Origin: an uncultured Alphaproteobacteria bacterium
GTDB taxonomy: Bacteria > Pseudomonadota > Alphaproteobacteria > RF32 > CAG-239
DNA length: 64,000 nt
NCBI GenBank assembly: GCA_944392315.1
Contig: CALXWH010000001.1
Location: 703-64,702, forward strand
Direction of reading: 5' to 3'
Below are positions 27,793-36,343 of the stretch, one piece after another. A program made the translations under genes and the position numbers. Below the pieces are notes generated by a model. The model was not told where the DNA came from. It saw nothing but the letters and a program-made list of their open reading frames with translations, and did not search any database. Positions within the stretch are counted from its first letter, which is position 1; the number at the start of each line of letters is the position of its first letter.

Positions 27793-28944
27793 TTATTTGT
27801 CGCTTTTCTTAAACAAAGCTATCAGCTCTTGATGAGGTGAATATACGAATTGGTCTACCATCACCACTTTTTCAAACTCATAGCCATTTTCTGCCAATAA
27901 TGTTGCATCATACACAAACGTCTGCGGATTGCATGATACAAATACAATTTTTTCGGGACGATCTTCTTTAGGCATTGCCACTATTTTTCGGCATTGCTCA
28001 TGAGCCCCTGCCCGCGGCGGATCTATGACGATTGCTCTTACACCTTTGAGCTCGGTTTCATCTAACGGGTCTTTAAACAGATTGCGCGTCTTTATTTCTA
28101 CATTTTGTATTTGATTGCGGTTAAGCGCCTTTTGCAAGCCTTGTAACGATGCTGAGGAAGAATCTACTGAAAGAATATCATTTTTCTTATTCTTGGCTAA
28201 GGGATATGTAAATGTTCCCAGCCCACAAAATAAATCGGCAATTTTACCGGTGGTGTCTCCCATGTATTCCATAACTTTAGCTATCATTGCAGTTTCTGAT
28301 GCTTTTGAGGCTTGTAAAAAGACTCCTTGCGGAATCGTGATGGCGTATGCCTCAATATATAATTCCGGTGAAACTTTTTCTACAATGGTTTCTGCCGGTG
28401 TATTTCCGATGCGCCATGACAGACGTATGATATTCGGTATTTTATTAACAAATTCTCCTACCAGCAGACGATGCTCCAAAACAGGTTCTTCAGTTAATTT
28501 TAGGAGGATATCCATTCCGTTATCGGCGTAAAGCATTTGGATAGAACCGGCTTTAATAGCGGAACTTGTTTTAGCTTGTTTTTTCTTTTTTGCTGGAACA
28601 GATGTGGGCGTTATTGAGCAAAACTCATGCAAAAATTCTTTAATTTCAGGCAATAAGTTATTGATTTCCGAAAGTAACATCGGGCAATTTTCTATATCTA
28701 CCAAATTATGCGATTTGCTTTCATTGAAACCTAAACATAACTTGCCTTTCGTCATCTTAAAATCCATCTCCGCACGGCGGCGGTTTCCGTCACCGATAAA
28801 GATGGTCTTTTCTATTTGCGGATGAGCAGCCTTTATGGTTCCTATTGTTCTTTCAAATTCCTTTTGTTTTTGTTGGCGGTAGTCTTGTTCTTCCATTTCT
28901 CGTAAGGGGCAGCCACCGCAGATTTGACAAATCTCGTTTATCAT
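27793..28944 (-). CDS. RumA/TrmA-family RNA (uracil-5-)-methyltransferase
   Basis: N-terminal Cys cluster CQICGGCP, SAM motif DLFCGLGTFT, IDPPRAGA, and catalytic-Cys region VFVSCNPQT. Confidence 0.78.
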   Translation of the reverse strand: MINEICQICGGCPLREMEEQDYRQQKQKEFERTIGTIKAAHPQIEKTIFIGDGNRRRAEMDFKMTKGKLCLGFNESKSHNLVDIENCPMLLSEINNLLPEIKEFLHEFCSITPTSVPAKKKKQAKTSSAIKAGSIQMLYADNGMDILLKLTEEPVLEHRLLVGEFVNKIPNIIRLSWRIGNTPAETIVEKVSPELYIEAYAITIPQGVFLQASKASETAMIAKVMEYMGDTTGKIADLFCGLGTFTYPLAKNKKNDILSVDSSSASLQGLQKALNRNQIQNVEIKTRNLFKDPLDETELKGVRAIVIDPPRAGAHEQCRKIVAMPKEDRPEKIVFVSCNPQTFVYDATLLAENGYEFEKVVMVDQFVYSPHQELIALFKKSDK

Positions 28945-29094
28945 TATTCCTCTCTTTTTTCTTCTTATTACAAAAAAAATATCATAAAGACAAGCAAAGT
29001 TTTAAACATTTCTGCGGCCAATGTTTAAAAAAGAGATGAATATTTTTTTTAATGGTATATAATGTAGTTGTAATTCATTTTTAGGGAGCTCTTT

Positions 29095-30243
29095 ATGTTA
29101 GTTCATATTCCTGACCATTTTAGTTCTAAGCTTAGTTTTAACCTTAAAAAGACCCCCGTTTCAATTACGGATCGTTCTTCTTTACGTTTGGTCATTCTCG
29201 GGTGGTTCTTTGGGGCGCTGCTCTTGTGTTTGGGCGTCTTTGAAATGTTTAGCTTTATTACGGCTGAAAAGGTTGAAGGACAATCTTTTATTGTAGTTGA
29301 GATTTTTTCTTTTATCGTTATTCTCATCGCCATTGGGTTAATTGTGGCTTCCTTCTTTTCTTTTGTCAGATACAAAAAATTCTTTTTTGATGGGAAGAAT
29401 TTCACAATCATCTATCGTCCGGCTCTCGGGATTAAACATCAACTGACCGAATCTATTGATAACTATATGGGGGTTCGCTTAAGAGTTCTTTTTGTGCAAT
29501 CCGGACTTTTTAACAGAAGTCGGTATATTATAGACCTTTACCATAAAGACTCTAACAAAATTGTGCCTCTTTATATTTCTATGAAAAATAAAAATATTCG
29601 TAAAATTTGGGAAGGTTATGCCAAAATGTTTAATCTTCCGGCATTAAGCGTTAGCGATAGAGGACTTATTCAGCGTGATTGTGCTGACCTTGATAAATCT
29701 TTAAGCGAGCTTGCCAAGGAAGATAAACTTCCCTTTATTGCCAGTGGCAAATTCCCTGCTCCAGCTTCTGTTTTGGTTGAAGAACAACCTAAAGCGACAC
29801 TTATTGAGCCGAAAGGAATCTATTGGGATATCTTTAGTGCGCTCTTTCTGCTTGTTGCCATTATTTCTGTTTTATTGCTCACGGCAGGCGGGGTATATTT
29901 AACGATTATCGGCACAACAATTCCGCTGAAATATTGGGCGTTTGGTGCATTTTTGCTGTTAGCTGTTATTTATTTTTCCATGAAACTATTTAACTCTTAT
30001 CAACTTGTTATTGATAACCATACCGTTCGTGTTATCACAACCTTGTTAGGTTCTCCAATTTCTGAACAAAGCCTTGATATTAAAAAAATTGAAAATGTAG
30101 AATTAGCCTACAACCCAACGATTGATCGCTACAATCTCTCTATCATCAGCGATGATAAAATTATTAACTTTGGTAGTCGTTTGCCTGTTAACGATTTGAT
30201 TTGGGTCAGAGATTTTGTTATTCGCAAATTAATTGGTAATTAA
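29095..30243 (+). CDS. membrane protein with an internally duplicated 2-TM plus soluble-domain module
   Basis: Two hairpin TM pairs (aa about 30-90 and 235-300), each followed by a soluble segment of about 80-100 aa. No motif recognised. Confidence 0.6.
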   Translation: MLVHIPDHFSSKLSFNLKKTPVSITDRSSLRLVILGWFFGALLLCLGVFEMFSFITAEKVEGQSFIVVEIFSFIVILIAIGLIVASFFSFVRYKKFFFDGKNFTIIYRPALGIKHQLTESIDNYMGVRLRVLFVQSGLFNRSRYIIDLYHKDSNKIVPLYISMKNKNIRKIWEGYAKMFNLPALSVSDRGLIQRDCADLDKSLSELAKEDKLPFIASGKFPAPASVLVEEQPKATLIEPKGIYWDIFSALFLLVAIISVLLLTAGGVYLTIIGTTIPLKYWAFGAFLLLAVIYFSMKLFNSYQLVIDNHTVRVITTLLGSPISEQSLDIKKIENVELAYNPTIDRYNLSIISDDKIINFGSRLPVNDLIWVRDFVIRKLIGN

Positions 30244-30321
30244 TCTTACTTTTTCGTTGCGCTCTAAACTGCTCTTTGGTATTTTTTAATAAAGTATATA
30301 TTTTAACTGAGGGATAAAATT

Positions 30322-31047
30322 ATGGCAAAAGACATTAAACGTAATATTGAAAAAAGCAAAAATGCAACTCAGGGAAGTAATCCATATTTTAACTTGGATG
30401 CTGAAAAGGCTTTTTTTGAAGAAGTTGATGAAGAAGTCAGAAATGAAAAATTTAAAGAGCTTATCAATAAATATGGCGGCTATATTCTAACTTTCGTTAT
30501 TCTGGTTTTGGCTTTTGCCGTCGGCTATGAAAAAATTGGTGAGTGGCGCGTCAGCAAAGCGGAGCAAACTAACGCCCGTTATGTTCAGGCTGTTTCTGCC
30601 TCTTCTGATTATGAAAACAATATTGCCGAATTAGAAAGTATTGTTCAAACCGAAACAGGACTCTATAAAGATATTGCTCGTTTGCAAATTGCTAATATCT
30701 TATTGGACAACAATCAAACAGAAAAGGCTTTGACGGTTTTGGCGCAAATCAATGACGATGCTTCTGCCAGCGAAAAAATCAGAGAAATTGCCGCTGTTAA
30801 ATTAGCTACATATAAGATTGATTCTTCTTCTTATAGCGATATTGAGAAAATCTTAAATCCAATTGTACAAAAAGGCGGAGCATGGGCGCCGATGGCTAAA
30901 GAATTGTTGGCAATGTCGGCTATTCAAAATAAAGATATGGCGAAAGCTAAAGCTATTTATGAAGAATTACTTGCTAACGGAAATATTTCTGAAGAATTTA
31001 AGGCCAGAATCAATGATATGCTGGCATCTATTAACGAAGCTCAATAA
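30322..31047 (+). CDS. YfgM-like single-pass membrane TPR-like protein
   Basis: Charged N-terminus, one TM (YILTFVILVLAFAVGY), helical C-terminal domain. Sits immediately upstream of bamB, as yfgM does in other proteobacteria. Confidence 0.6.
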   Translation: MAKDIKRNIEKSKNATQGSNPYFNLDAEKAFFEEVDEEVRNEKFKELINKYGGYILTFVILVLAFAVGYEKIGEWRVSKAEQTNARYVQAVSASSDYENNIAELESIVQTETGLYKDIARLQIANILLDNNQTEKALTVLAQINDDASASEKIREIAAVKLATYKIDSSSYSDIEKILNPIVQKGGAWAPMAKELLAMSAIQNKDMAKAKAIYEELLANGNISEEFKARINDMLASINEAQ

Positions 31048-31166
31048 ATTTATTGAGCTTCCTTCTTTTTTCCATAGATAATAATATTATATCTTATGGG
31101 AGAGGTTTGTTTGGGAAGTTTTGCGACGTTATAATATTCATTTCAACGTTACTTTAGGAGTTCTCT

Positions 31167-32483
31167 ATGCATTGGTTAAATAAAGGTTTTTGTGTTTGCG
31201 GGATTGCTTTATGCTTAGCGGCATGCGCTCAAGATAAAAAACTACCGGAGGGGGTTAGAGTTTCGGTTTTAGATGATGTTTCTCCGGAATTGTCTTTGGA
31301 TAATCAGAAAATAAAGTCTTTACCAAATCCTTATATCAATTCTGCTTGGAGTCAAACAGGTGTTAATCCTCAGCATATTATCGGCAACTTGAAGGCTGGT
31401 TTTACTCTTAAAGAACAGTGGGCACAAAACTTTGGTAAAGGTATCAACAAACGTGATATTTTGCTCGCAGCTCCGGTGGTTGGAAATGATACAATTTTTG
31501 TTATGGATACAAAGGGTAAAGTTTCTGCCTTTAATTTGCAAAGCGGAAAGATGCTCTGGGAAAATACATTGTCGGCCAATATCGGCGGTTTTAAGGAAAC
31601 TAAAAGCCGTGCTTCCGGTTTAGCATATGACAATAATACGCTTTTTGCCACGACCGGTTTTGGCGGTGTGTTTGCAATGAATGCCCAGACAGGAGCTCCT
31701 AAATGGCGCAAAATTATGGAATCACCTATCCGTATTGCCCCGACTGTTACTCCTAATATGATTCTTGTGCAAACCGTTGATAATCGCCTTTATGCTTTAG
31801 ATAAAAATAACGGACAGGAAATATGGCGTTTTGGAGTTGCTCATGAAGATACCGTTTTTGCTGGGGGCGCTTCGCCGGCTTATGACGCAGAAGACAATGT
31901 TGTCGTAGCGGGATTTTCTAACGGGGAAATTGTTGTACTTAACGCAACTCTTGGCACTCCGCTTTGGTCACAGATGCTTGTATCTAACAAACAAGCGCGT
32001 TCTACAACAGAAATAAACACAATCGGGGCTTATCCGATTGTGGAAGAAGGGGTTATTTATGCCATCAGCAACAGCGATGTCATGGCGTCTTTTGATATGC
32101 GAACCGGCGATAAACTGTGGGAAAAGGAAATCGGCTCTATGCAGAATATGTTGCTTGCCGGAGATTATTTGTTTGTTGTTTCTAACAAGAACATCTTATA
32201 TGCCGTTGAGAAATATTCCGGAAACGTCGTTTGGTCGTTGGATGTGCGCGATTATTTGAGTGATGAAGATACAAAAGCGGCCATCTATACGGCTCCTCCG
32301 TTGATGCTTAACGGTCATATTTTATTAGCTTTTTCTAACGGCAAGATATTAAAAGTTGATGCAATTAACGGTCTTGTTGTTGCTAAGACTGAATTGGAAC
32401 TTGATATCAGCAACGGCTTAATTGCCGCAGGGCAAAAAGTAATTGCGGTTTCTGATGACGCTGATGTCATTGTTTTTGAATAA
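31167..32483 (+). CDS. bamB: outer membrane protein assembly factor BamB (PQQ-like beta-propeller lipoprotein)
   Basis: Lipobox LCLAAC. Repeated G..lW blades (GKMLWEN, GAPKWRK, GQEIWRF, GTPLWSQ, GDKLWEK, GNVVWSL). Confidence 0.8.
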   Translation: MHWLNKGFCVCGIALCLAACAQDKKLPEGVRVSVLDDVSPELSLDNQKIKSLPNPYINSAWSQTGVNPQHIIGNLKAGFTLKEQWAQNFGKGINKRDILLAAPVVGNDTIFVMDTKGKVSAFNLQSGKMLWENTLSANIGGFKETKSRASGLAYDNNTLFATTGFGGVFAMNAQTGAPKWRKIMESPIRIAPTVTPNMILVQTVDNRLYALDKNNGQEIWRFGVAHEDTVFAGGASPAYDAEDNVVVAGFSNGEIVVLNATLGTPLWSQMLVSNKQARSTTEINTIGAYPIVEEGVIYAISNSDVMASFDMRTGDKLWEKEIGSMQNMLLAGDYLFVVSNKNILYAVEKYSGNVVWSLDVRDYLSDEDTKAAIYTAPPLMLNGHILLAFSNGKILKVDAINGLVVAKTELELDISNGLIAAGQKVIAVSDDADVIVFE

Positions 32484-32500
32484 ATTGGACGGAGCTTATT

Positions 32501-33436
32501 ATGGTTAAAATTGTTGAGGCCTCTACCGAAATATATCCTTTGAATAATTTGGCGGATGTTTGTACGCATATTGAAAAGTGCGGTAGAACTTGCTACAAAT
32601 CTGAAAATTTGATTACAAATGAAACTGCTATTCCTTTTATCAGCGGAATTTTGAAGAGCGGTCACGAATCGGTTATTGAGCATGCTAACGTTATTTTTAC
32701 CATGCCTAATATTGAGAAAAATCATCCCATTCTCACGATGAAGGATGTTCGCGGTTTGAATATATCGGTTGAAAATGACCCACTTATTCAAAAAGAGGTT
32801 ATTGTTGTTTCCGGCAACATCCGTGCATTTCGGGATATTGCCAGACAATATGGCGTGCATGACTTTTTAACTGTTATCGGTAATCCGCTGTTTTATATCA
32901 AAGCTGATGCTGCACCTTTATTTGAGGGTATTAAACTTGAAAGTGTGCAAAGCTCCAGATTTTCTGCAATGCATAACTATCTTACAACCCACTCCGTTTG
33001 TGATTTAGGAGCTTACAAGGATATTACGCGGCATCGTTTAGCCTCTTTCTCTATTGAATCTACCAGATATTGCAATTATTCAAAAGGGAAGTTCGGCAGT
33101 GAATTGACGGTTATAAATCCTTGTAATATTGAAAAAAATACGCCGATGTATGATGAGTGGTTCAAATGCATGGAGATGATTGAAAAAGCCTATATGAAGA
33201 TGGCGGAAATGGGGGGTAAAGGCGACCAACTCAGAATGTTACTGCCTCACTCTATTAAGGCGGATATGATTATGTCAGCTAATATTGTGGAATGGCGGCA
33301 CGTCTTTTCATTACGGTGTCATTCTGCGGCACATCCGTCGGTTCGCTTGGTTATGAAAATGATGCTTGAAAAATTTTATCAGATTTTTCCGGACTTTTTT
33401 GCCGATCAATATGAAACTTTTATCAAGAACCAATAA
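32501..33436 (+). CDS. thyX: FAD-dependent thymidylate synthase
   Basis: ThyX signature RHRLASFSIESTRY (RHRxxSxxxxSxRY), together with SGHESVIEH. Confidence 0.9.
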   Translation: MVKIVEASTEIYPLNNLADVCTHIEKCGRTCYKSENLITNETAIPFISGILKSGHESVIEHANVIFTMPNIEKNHPILTMKDVRGLNISVENDPLIQKEVIVVSGNIRAFRDIARQYGVHDFLTVIGNPLFYIKADAAPLFEGIKLESVQSSRFSAMHNYLTTHSVCDLGAYKDITRHRLASFSIESTRYCNYSKGKFGSELTVINPCNIEKNTPMYDEWFKCMEMIEKAYMKMAEMGGKGDQLRMLLPHSIKADMIMSANIVEWRHVFSLRCHSAAHPSVRLVMKMMLEKFYQIFPDFFADQYETFIKNQ

Positions 33437-33473
33437 TCATAGATAATTGAGTTGTTTGTTTTTCCTCTATCTT

Positions 33474-33495
33474 AGGCCGGTCATCGGCCTTTTTA
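33474..33495 (+). terminator. rho-independent terminator of thyX
   Basis: aggccg/gtcat/cggcct followed by T4. Confidence 0.7.
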
Positions 33496-33503
33496 TTTAG
33501 CGC

Positions 33504-33532
33504 TTGAAAAATTTGTGCTGTTATGTTATATA
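33504..33532 (+). promoter_or_regulatory. putative der promoter TTGAAA-17-TATATA
   Basis: Hexamers at 33504-33509 and 33527-33532, 42 nt upstream of the der ATG. Confidence 0.45.
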
Positions 33533-33573
33533 TTTGGGCTAGTGTTTATTTTGTTTAGCTAAAAGGATAAAAA

Positions 33574-34998
33574 ATGGCGCTTAAAGTTGCAATTGTCGGA
33601 AGACCAAATGTTGGCAAATCTACCCTATTTAACCGTTTGGTCGGCAAAAAATTGGCTCTTGTGCATGACTTACCTGGCGTAACTCGTGACAGAAAAGAAG
33701 CTATGGCTAAATTGAAAGATTTAGATTTAGCCGTTATTGATACTGCCGGTTATGAAGATGCAACCGAAGGAAAGATGGAGCAACGGATGTGGCTTCAAAC
33801 CAAACGCGCTATTGATGAGGCTGATGTGGTCTTATTTTTGTTTGATGCTCGTGCCGGTATGCAGGCTTATGATGAGCATTTTGCTGATTTGGTGCGTAAG
33901 AGCAAGAAGCCAGTGTTACTCTTGGCTAATAAATGCGAAGGTAGAACGCAAGAACAAGGTATTTATGAGGCTTATAAACTCGGACTGGGAGACCCGATTA
34001 TTTTTTCAGCAGAGCATAATATCGGTTTTGATGAATTATATCTTCAACTTAAAAATTTTGATGAGCAGCTACATCCTTCTGACAACGAGAAAGATGTTAG
34101 CGAGCCTTTAATTGATAAAGACATTGCTATTGGGGATGAAATTTCTGAAGAAGATAAAAAAAGTTATCTTGAGAATTTGAAAAAGAGACCTATCCAAATT
34201 GCAGTTGTGGGAAGACCTAATGTCGGGAAGTCTACTCTTGTCAATGCGCTGCTTGGGGATGAGCGGATGTTAACAGGCCCTGAAGCAGGTTTGACACGCG
34301 ATGCGATTACAACACGTTGGGAGTGGAAAGGTTGGACAATTAATCTGGTGGATACGGCAGGTCTTCGTAAACAAGCTAAAGTTTCCGGCGCTATTGAAAA
34401 AATGTCGGTTGAAAGCACACTTTATGCGGCTAATATGGCGCAAGTTGTTATTTTGGTTTTGGATGCTGACGGTGTGCTGGATAAACAAGATTTGACCATT
34501 GCACGCAAAGTTTTGGATGAAGGGCGCGCTCTTGTTATTGCCGTCAATAAATGGGATATTGCCGATAAAAAAGAAGCCTTACAAAAATTAAATGACAAGC
34601 TCCAAACGTCGCTTACGCAAGCGGAAGGCGTTCCGACTGTTACCATTTCTGCTTTGAAGAAGAAAGGATTAGATAAATTATTAAGCGCAGTTATTAAAGT
34701 TTATGAACGTTGGAATATTCGTATTCCTACGGCGCCGCTTAATAAGTGGTTTAAGGATGTGCAAGAGCAAAACCCTGCTCCGCTTGGCAAGAATAAACGT
34801 CGCATTAAACTTCGCTATATCACGCAAGCCAAAACGCGTCCACCGTCATTTTTCATATTCTCCAGCAATCCGGAGGGGTTGCCGGATTCTTATTTAAGAT
34901 ATTTGATAAATCAGCTTCGCGAGACCTTTAATCTGCGAGGGGTTCCGATTAGAATTACGGTCAGAAAATCTGAAAATCCTTATGCCGATAAAGATTAG
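33574..34998 (+). CDS. der: ribosome-associated GTPase Der (EngA)
   Basis: Two tandem GTPase domains, each with GRPNVGKST, DTAG and NK(C/W)(E/D), plus a KH-like C-terminus. Confidence 0.95.
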   Translation: MALKVAIVGRPNVGKSTLFNRLVGKKLALVHDLPGVTRDRKEAMAKLKDLDLAVIDTAGYEDATEGKMEQRMWLQTKRAIDEADVVLFLFDARAGMQAYDEHFADLVRKSKKPVLLLANKCEGRTQEQGIYEAYKLGLGDPIIFSAEHNIGFDELYLQLKNFDEQLHPSDNEKDVSEPLIDKDIAIGDEISEEDKKSYLENLKKRPIQIAVVGRPNVGKSTLVNALLGDERMLTGPEAGLTRDAITTRWEWKGWTINLVDTAGLRKQAKVSGAIEKMSVESTLYAANMAQVVILVLDADGVLDKQDLTIARKVLDEGRALVIAVNKWDIADKKEALQKLNDKLQTSLTQAEGVPTVTISALKKKGLDKLLSAVIKVYERWNIRIPTAPLNKWFKDVQEQNPAPLGKNKRRIKLRYITQAKTRPPSFFIFSSNPEGLPDSYLRYLINQLRETFNLRGVPIRITVRKSENPYADKD

Positions 34999-35010
34999 AG
35001 TCATAGAAAT

Positions 35011-35045
35011 AAAAGAGTGCAAAGAAAACACTCTTTTATTTTTTC
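35011..35045 (+). terminator. rho-independent terminator of der
   Basis: aaaagagtg/loop/cactctttt followed by a T-run. Confidence 0.7.
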
Positions 35046-35065
35046 CATTTCTATAGTTTTTTCTT

Positions 35066-35096
35066 ATAAAAAAAGAGGTGCCGGCAGACACCTCTC
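35066..35096 (-). terminator. terminator of the pilin-like gene (symmetrical, possibly bidirectional)
   Basis: agaggtg/ccggcaga/cacctct flanked by an A-run and a T-run. Confidence 0.65.
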
Positions 35097-35119
35097 TTTT
35101 TGTTTCATTAAGCAGTGGC

Positions 35120-35770
35120 TTAGAAGTATTTCCAAACAACACCGTTTAAATCGTTGTTGCAAGCATTGTTTGCATCAGAAATGGTATACGGTAAACCATG
35201 GTTATTATCACCAGGAATGTGTAAGCTTGCACTTGTTGCTAAAGTTGCTGTAATACCATCAAGTGCATTCAATGAACCACCAGCAGCACTACCTGCAGCA
35301 CCTGCACCAATCCACATAGCCGCTAAGCCACCGCCAGCGTCTCCACCCCAGTCAGTTGTTGCGATTGATACGCAAGCGCTTTGCGGAATTTGGTCAACAG
35401 CAATTGTAAATGCCATATCGTCATTAGTTGTAGATTGAGCAGCTACATTAATTGCTACACCACCACCAAAAGCATTTGTAATAGCGTAGTCTGAAGAATA
35501 AGTATTGCCGGAATCAGCCTCATACATTTCGCCAGGGATTAAGCCTGCTCTCAAAGCCATACCATTGGTCAAACCAGTATATGTTCTTTGTGAAGAGAAC
35601 AATGTTCTGATGTTTGTGGAGATCATTTGAATCTGATCACCAATCTTGTTTGTCTTAAATTTGTTCATTGCTTTTGAATAACCGGCGATACCACCAACTG
35701 ACAAAACGCCAACGATGGCCAACACGCCGAGCATTTCAATCATTGAACGACCTTGTTCATTAACTCTCAT
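35120..35770 (-). CDS. type IV pilin / type II pseudopilin-like protein (prepilin N-terminal domain)
   Basis: MRVNEQGRSMIEMLGVLAIVGVLSVGGIAGY is a short leader, then G/x-MIEML and a hydrophobic helix. AGGAG SD upstream of ATG 35770. Gly/Ala-rich C-terminal part. Confidence 0.75.
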   Translation of the reverse strand: MRVNEQGRSMIEMLGVLAIVGVLSVGGIAGYSKAMNKFKTNKIGDQIQMISTNIRTLFSSQRTYTGLTNGMALRAGLIPGEMYEADSGNTYSSDYAITNAFGGGVAINVAAQSTTNDDMAFTIAVDQIPQSACVSIATTDWGGDAGGGLAAMWIGAGAAGSAAGGSLNALDGITATLATSASLHIPGDNNHGLPYTISDANNACNNDLNGVVWKYF

Positions 35771-35983
35771 ATTATATCTCCTAAATATAAGTACCTTAAA
35801 CACCGTTTACTTTACATCAGAAAATACTTTTTTACAATTATGTAAATAGTCATACTCTCTAACTAAAGTAATAGGTAAGGTTGTTACCTCTAAGTTTATT
35901 CCCACAAGCAGTCCTAAACTTATTAACGAGATTAGATGATAAAACTTAATATTTTCCTAACAAATCTTTTATTTTCTCATCTT

Positions 35984-36325
35984 TTAACCAAATGTGCGCC
36001 CGTTACTGGCAACTTGTGACGCGGGAGCATTATTTAAGGAGATGTTTATATTATTGGTATCTGTGATATTAAGCTCTGCTTCCAGAAAATTTGTCAGAGC
36101 TTCTACTACCATATCCTTATCCCTAAAGCCAATGGATAACAATTCAACCAACGCACCTTTGTTTGTATTTTTACCTCCAAAGGACATATTCGGATTATAT
36201 ACGACGTTGGTCACAACAAAAGATATCGGTTTTCCTAGAATATCTGCGGTTAATTCTGCCGCTTTTTCGGACAGTTTTGCGCTGTCTTTTATTTCCGCAT
36301 TAGTGTATACTGTTAAAAATGGCAT
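35984..36325 (-). CDS. MIF / tautomerase-superfamily protein (macrophage migration inhibitory factor homolog)
   Basis: 113 aa. MPFLTVYTN...GKP..FV.....P...M.FGG......L.EL.SIG parallels the MIF layout as I recall it, including the catalytic Pro after the initiator Met. Confidence 0.75.
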   Translation of the reverse strand: MPFLTVYTNAEIKDSAKLSEKAAELTADILGKPISFVVTNVVYNPNMSFGGKNTNKGALVELLSIGFRDKDMVVEALTNFLEAELNITDTNNINISLNNAPASQVASNGRTFG

Positions 36326-36343
36326 TATTTTCTCCTTTAACGA

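Noticed and set aside
32315-32860. 181-aa minus-strand ORF spanning the bamB/thyX junction.
   Set aside because: It is antisense to two well-supported genes, and an ORF crossing their intergenic gap has no RBS or motif.
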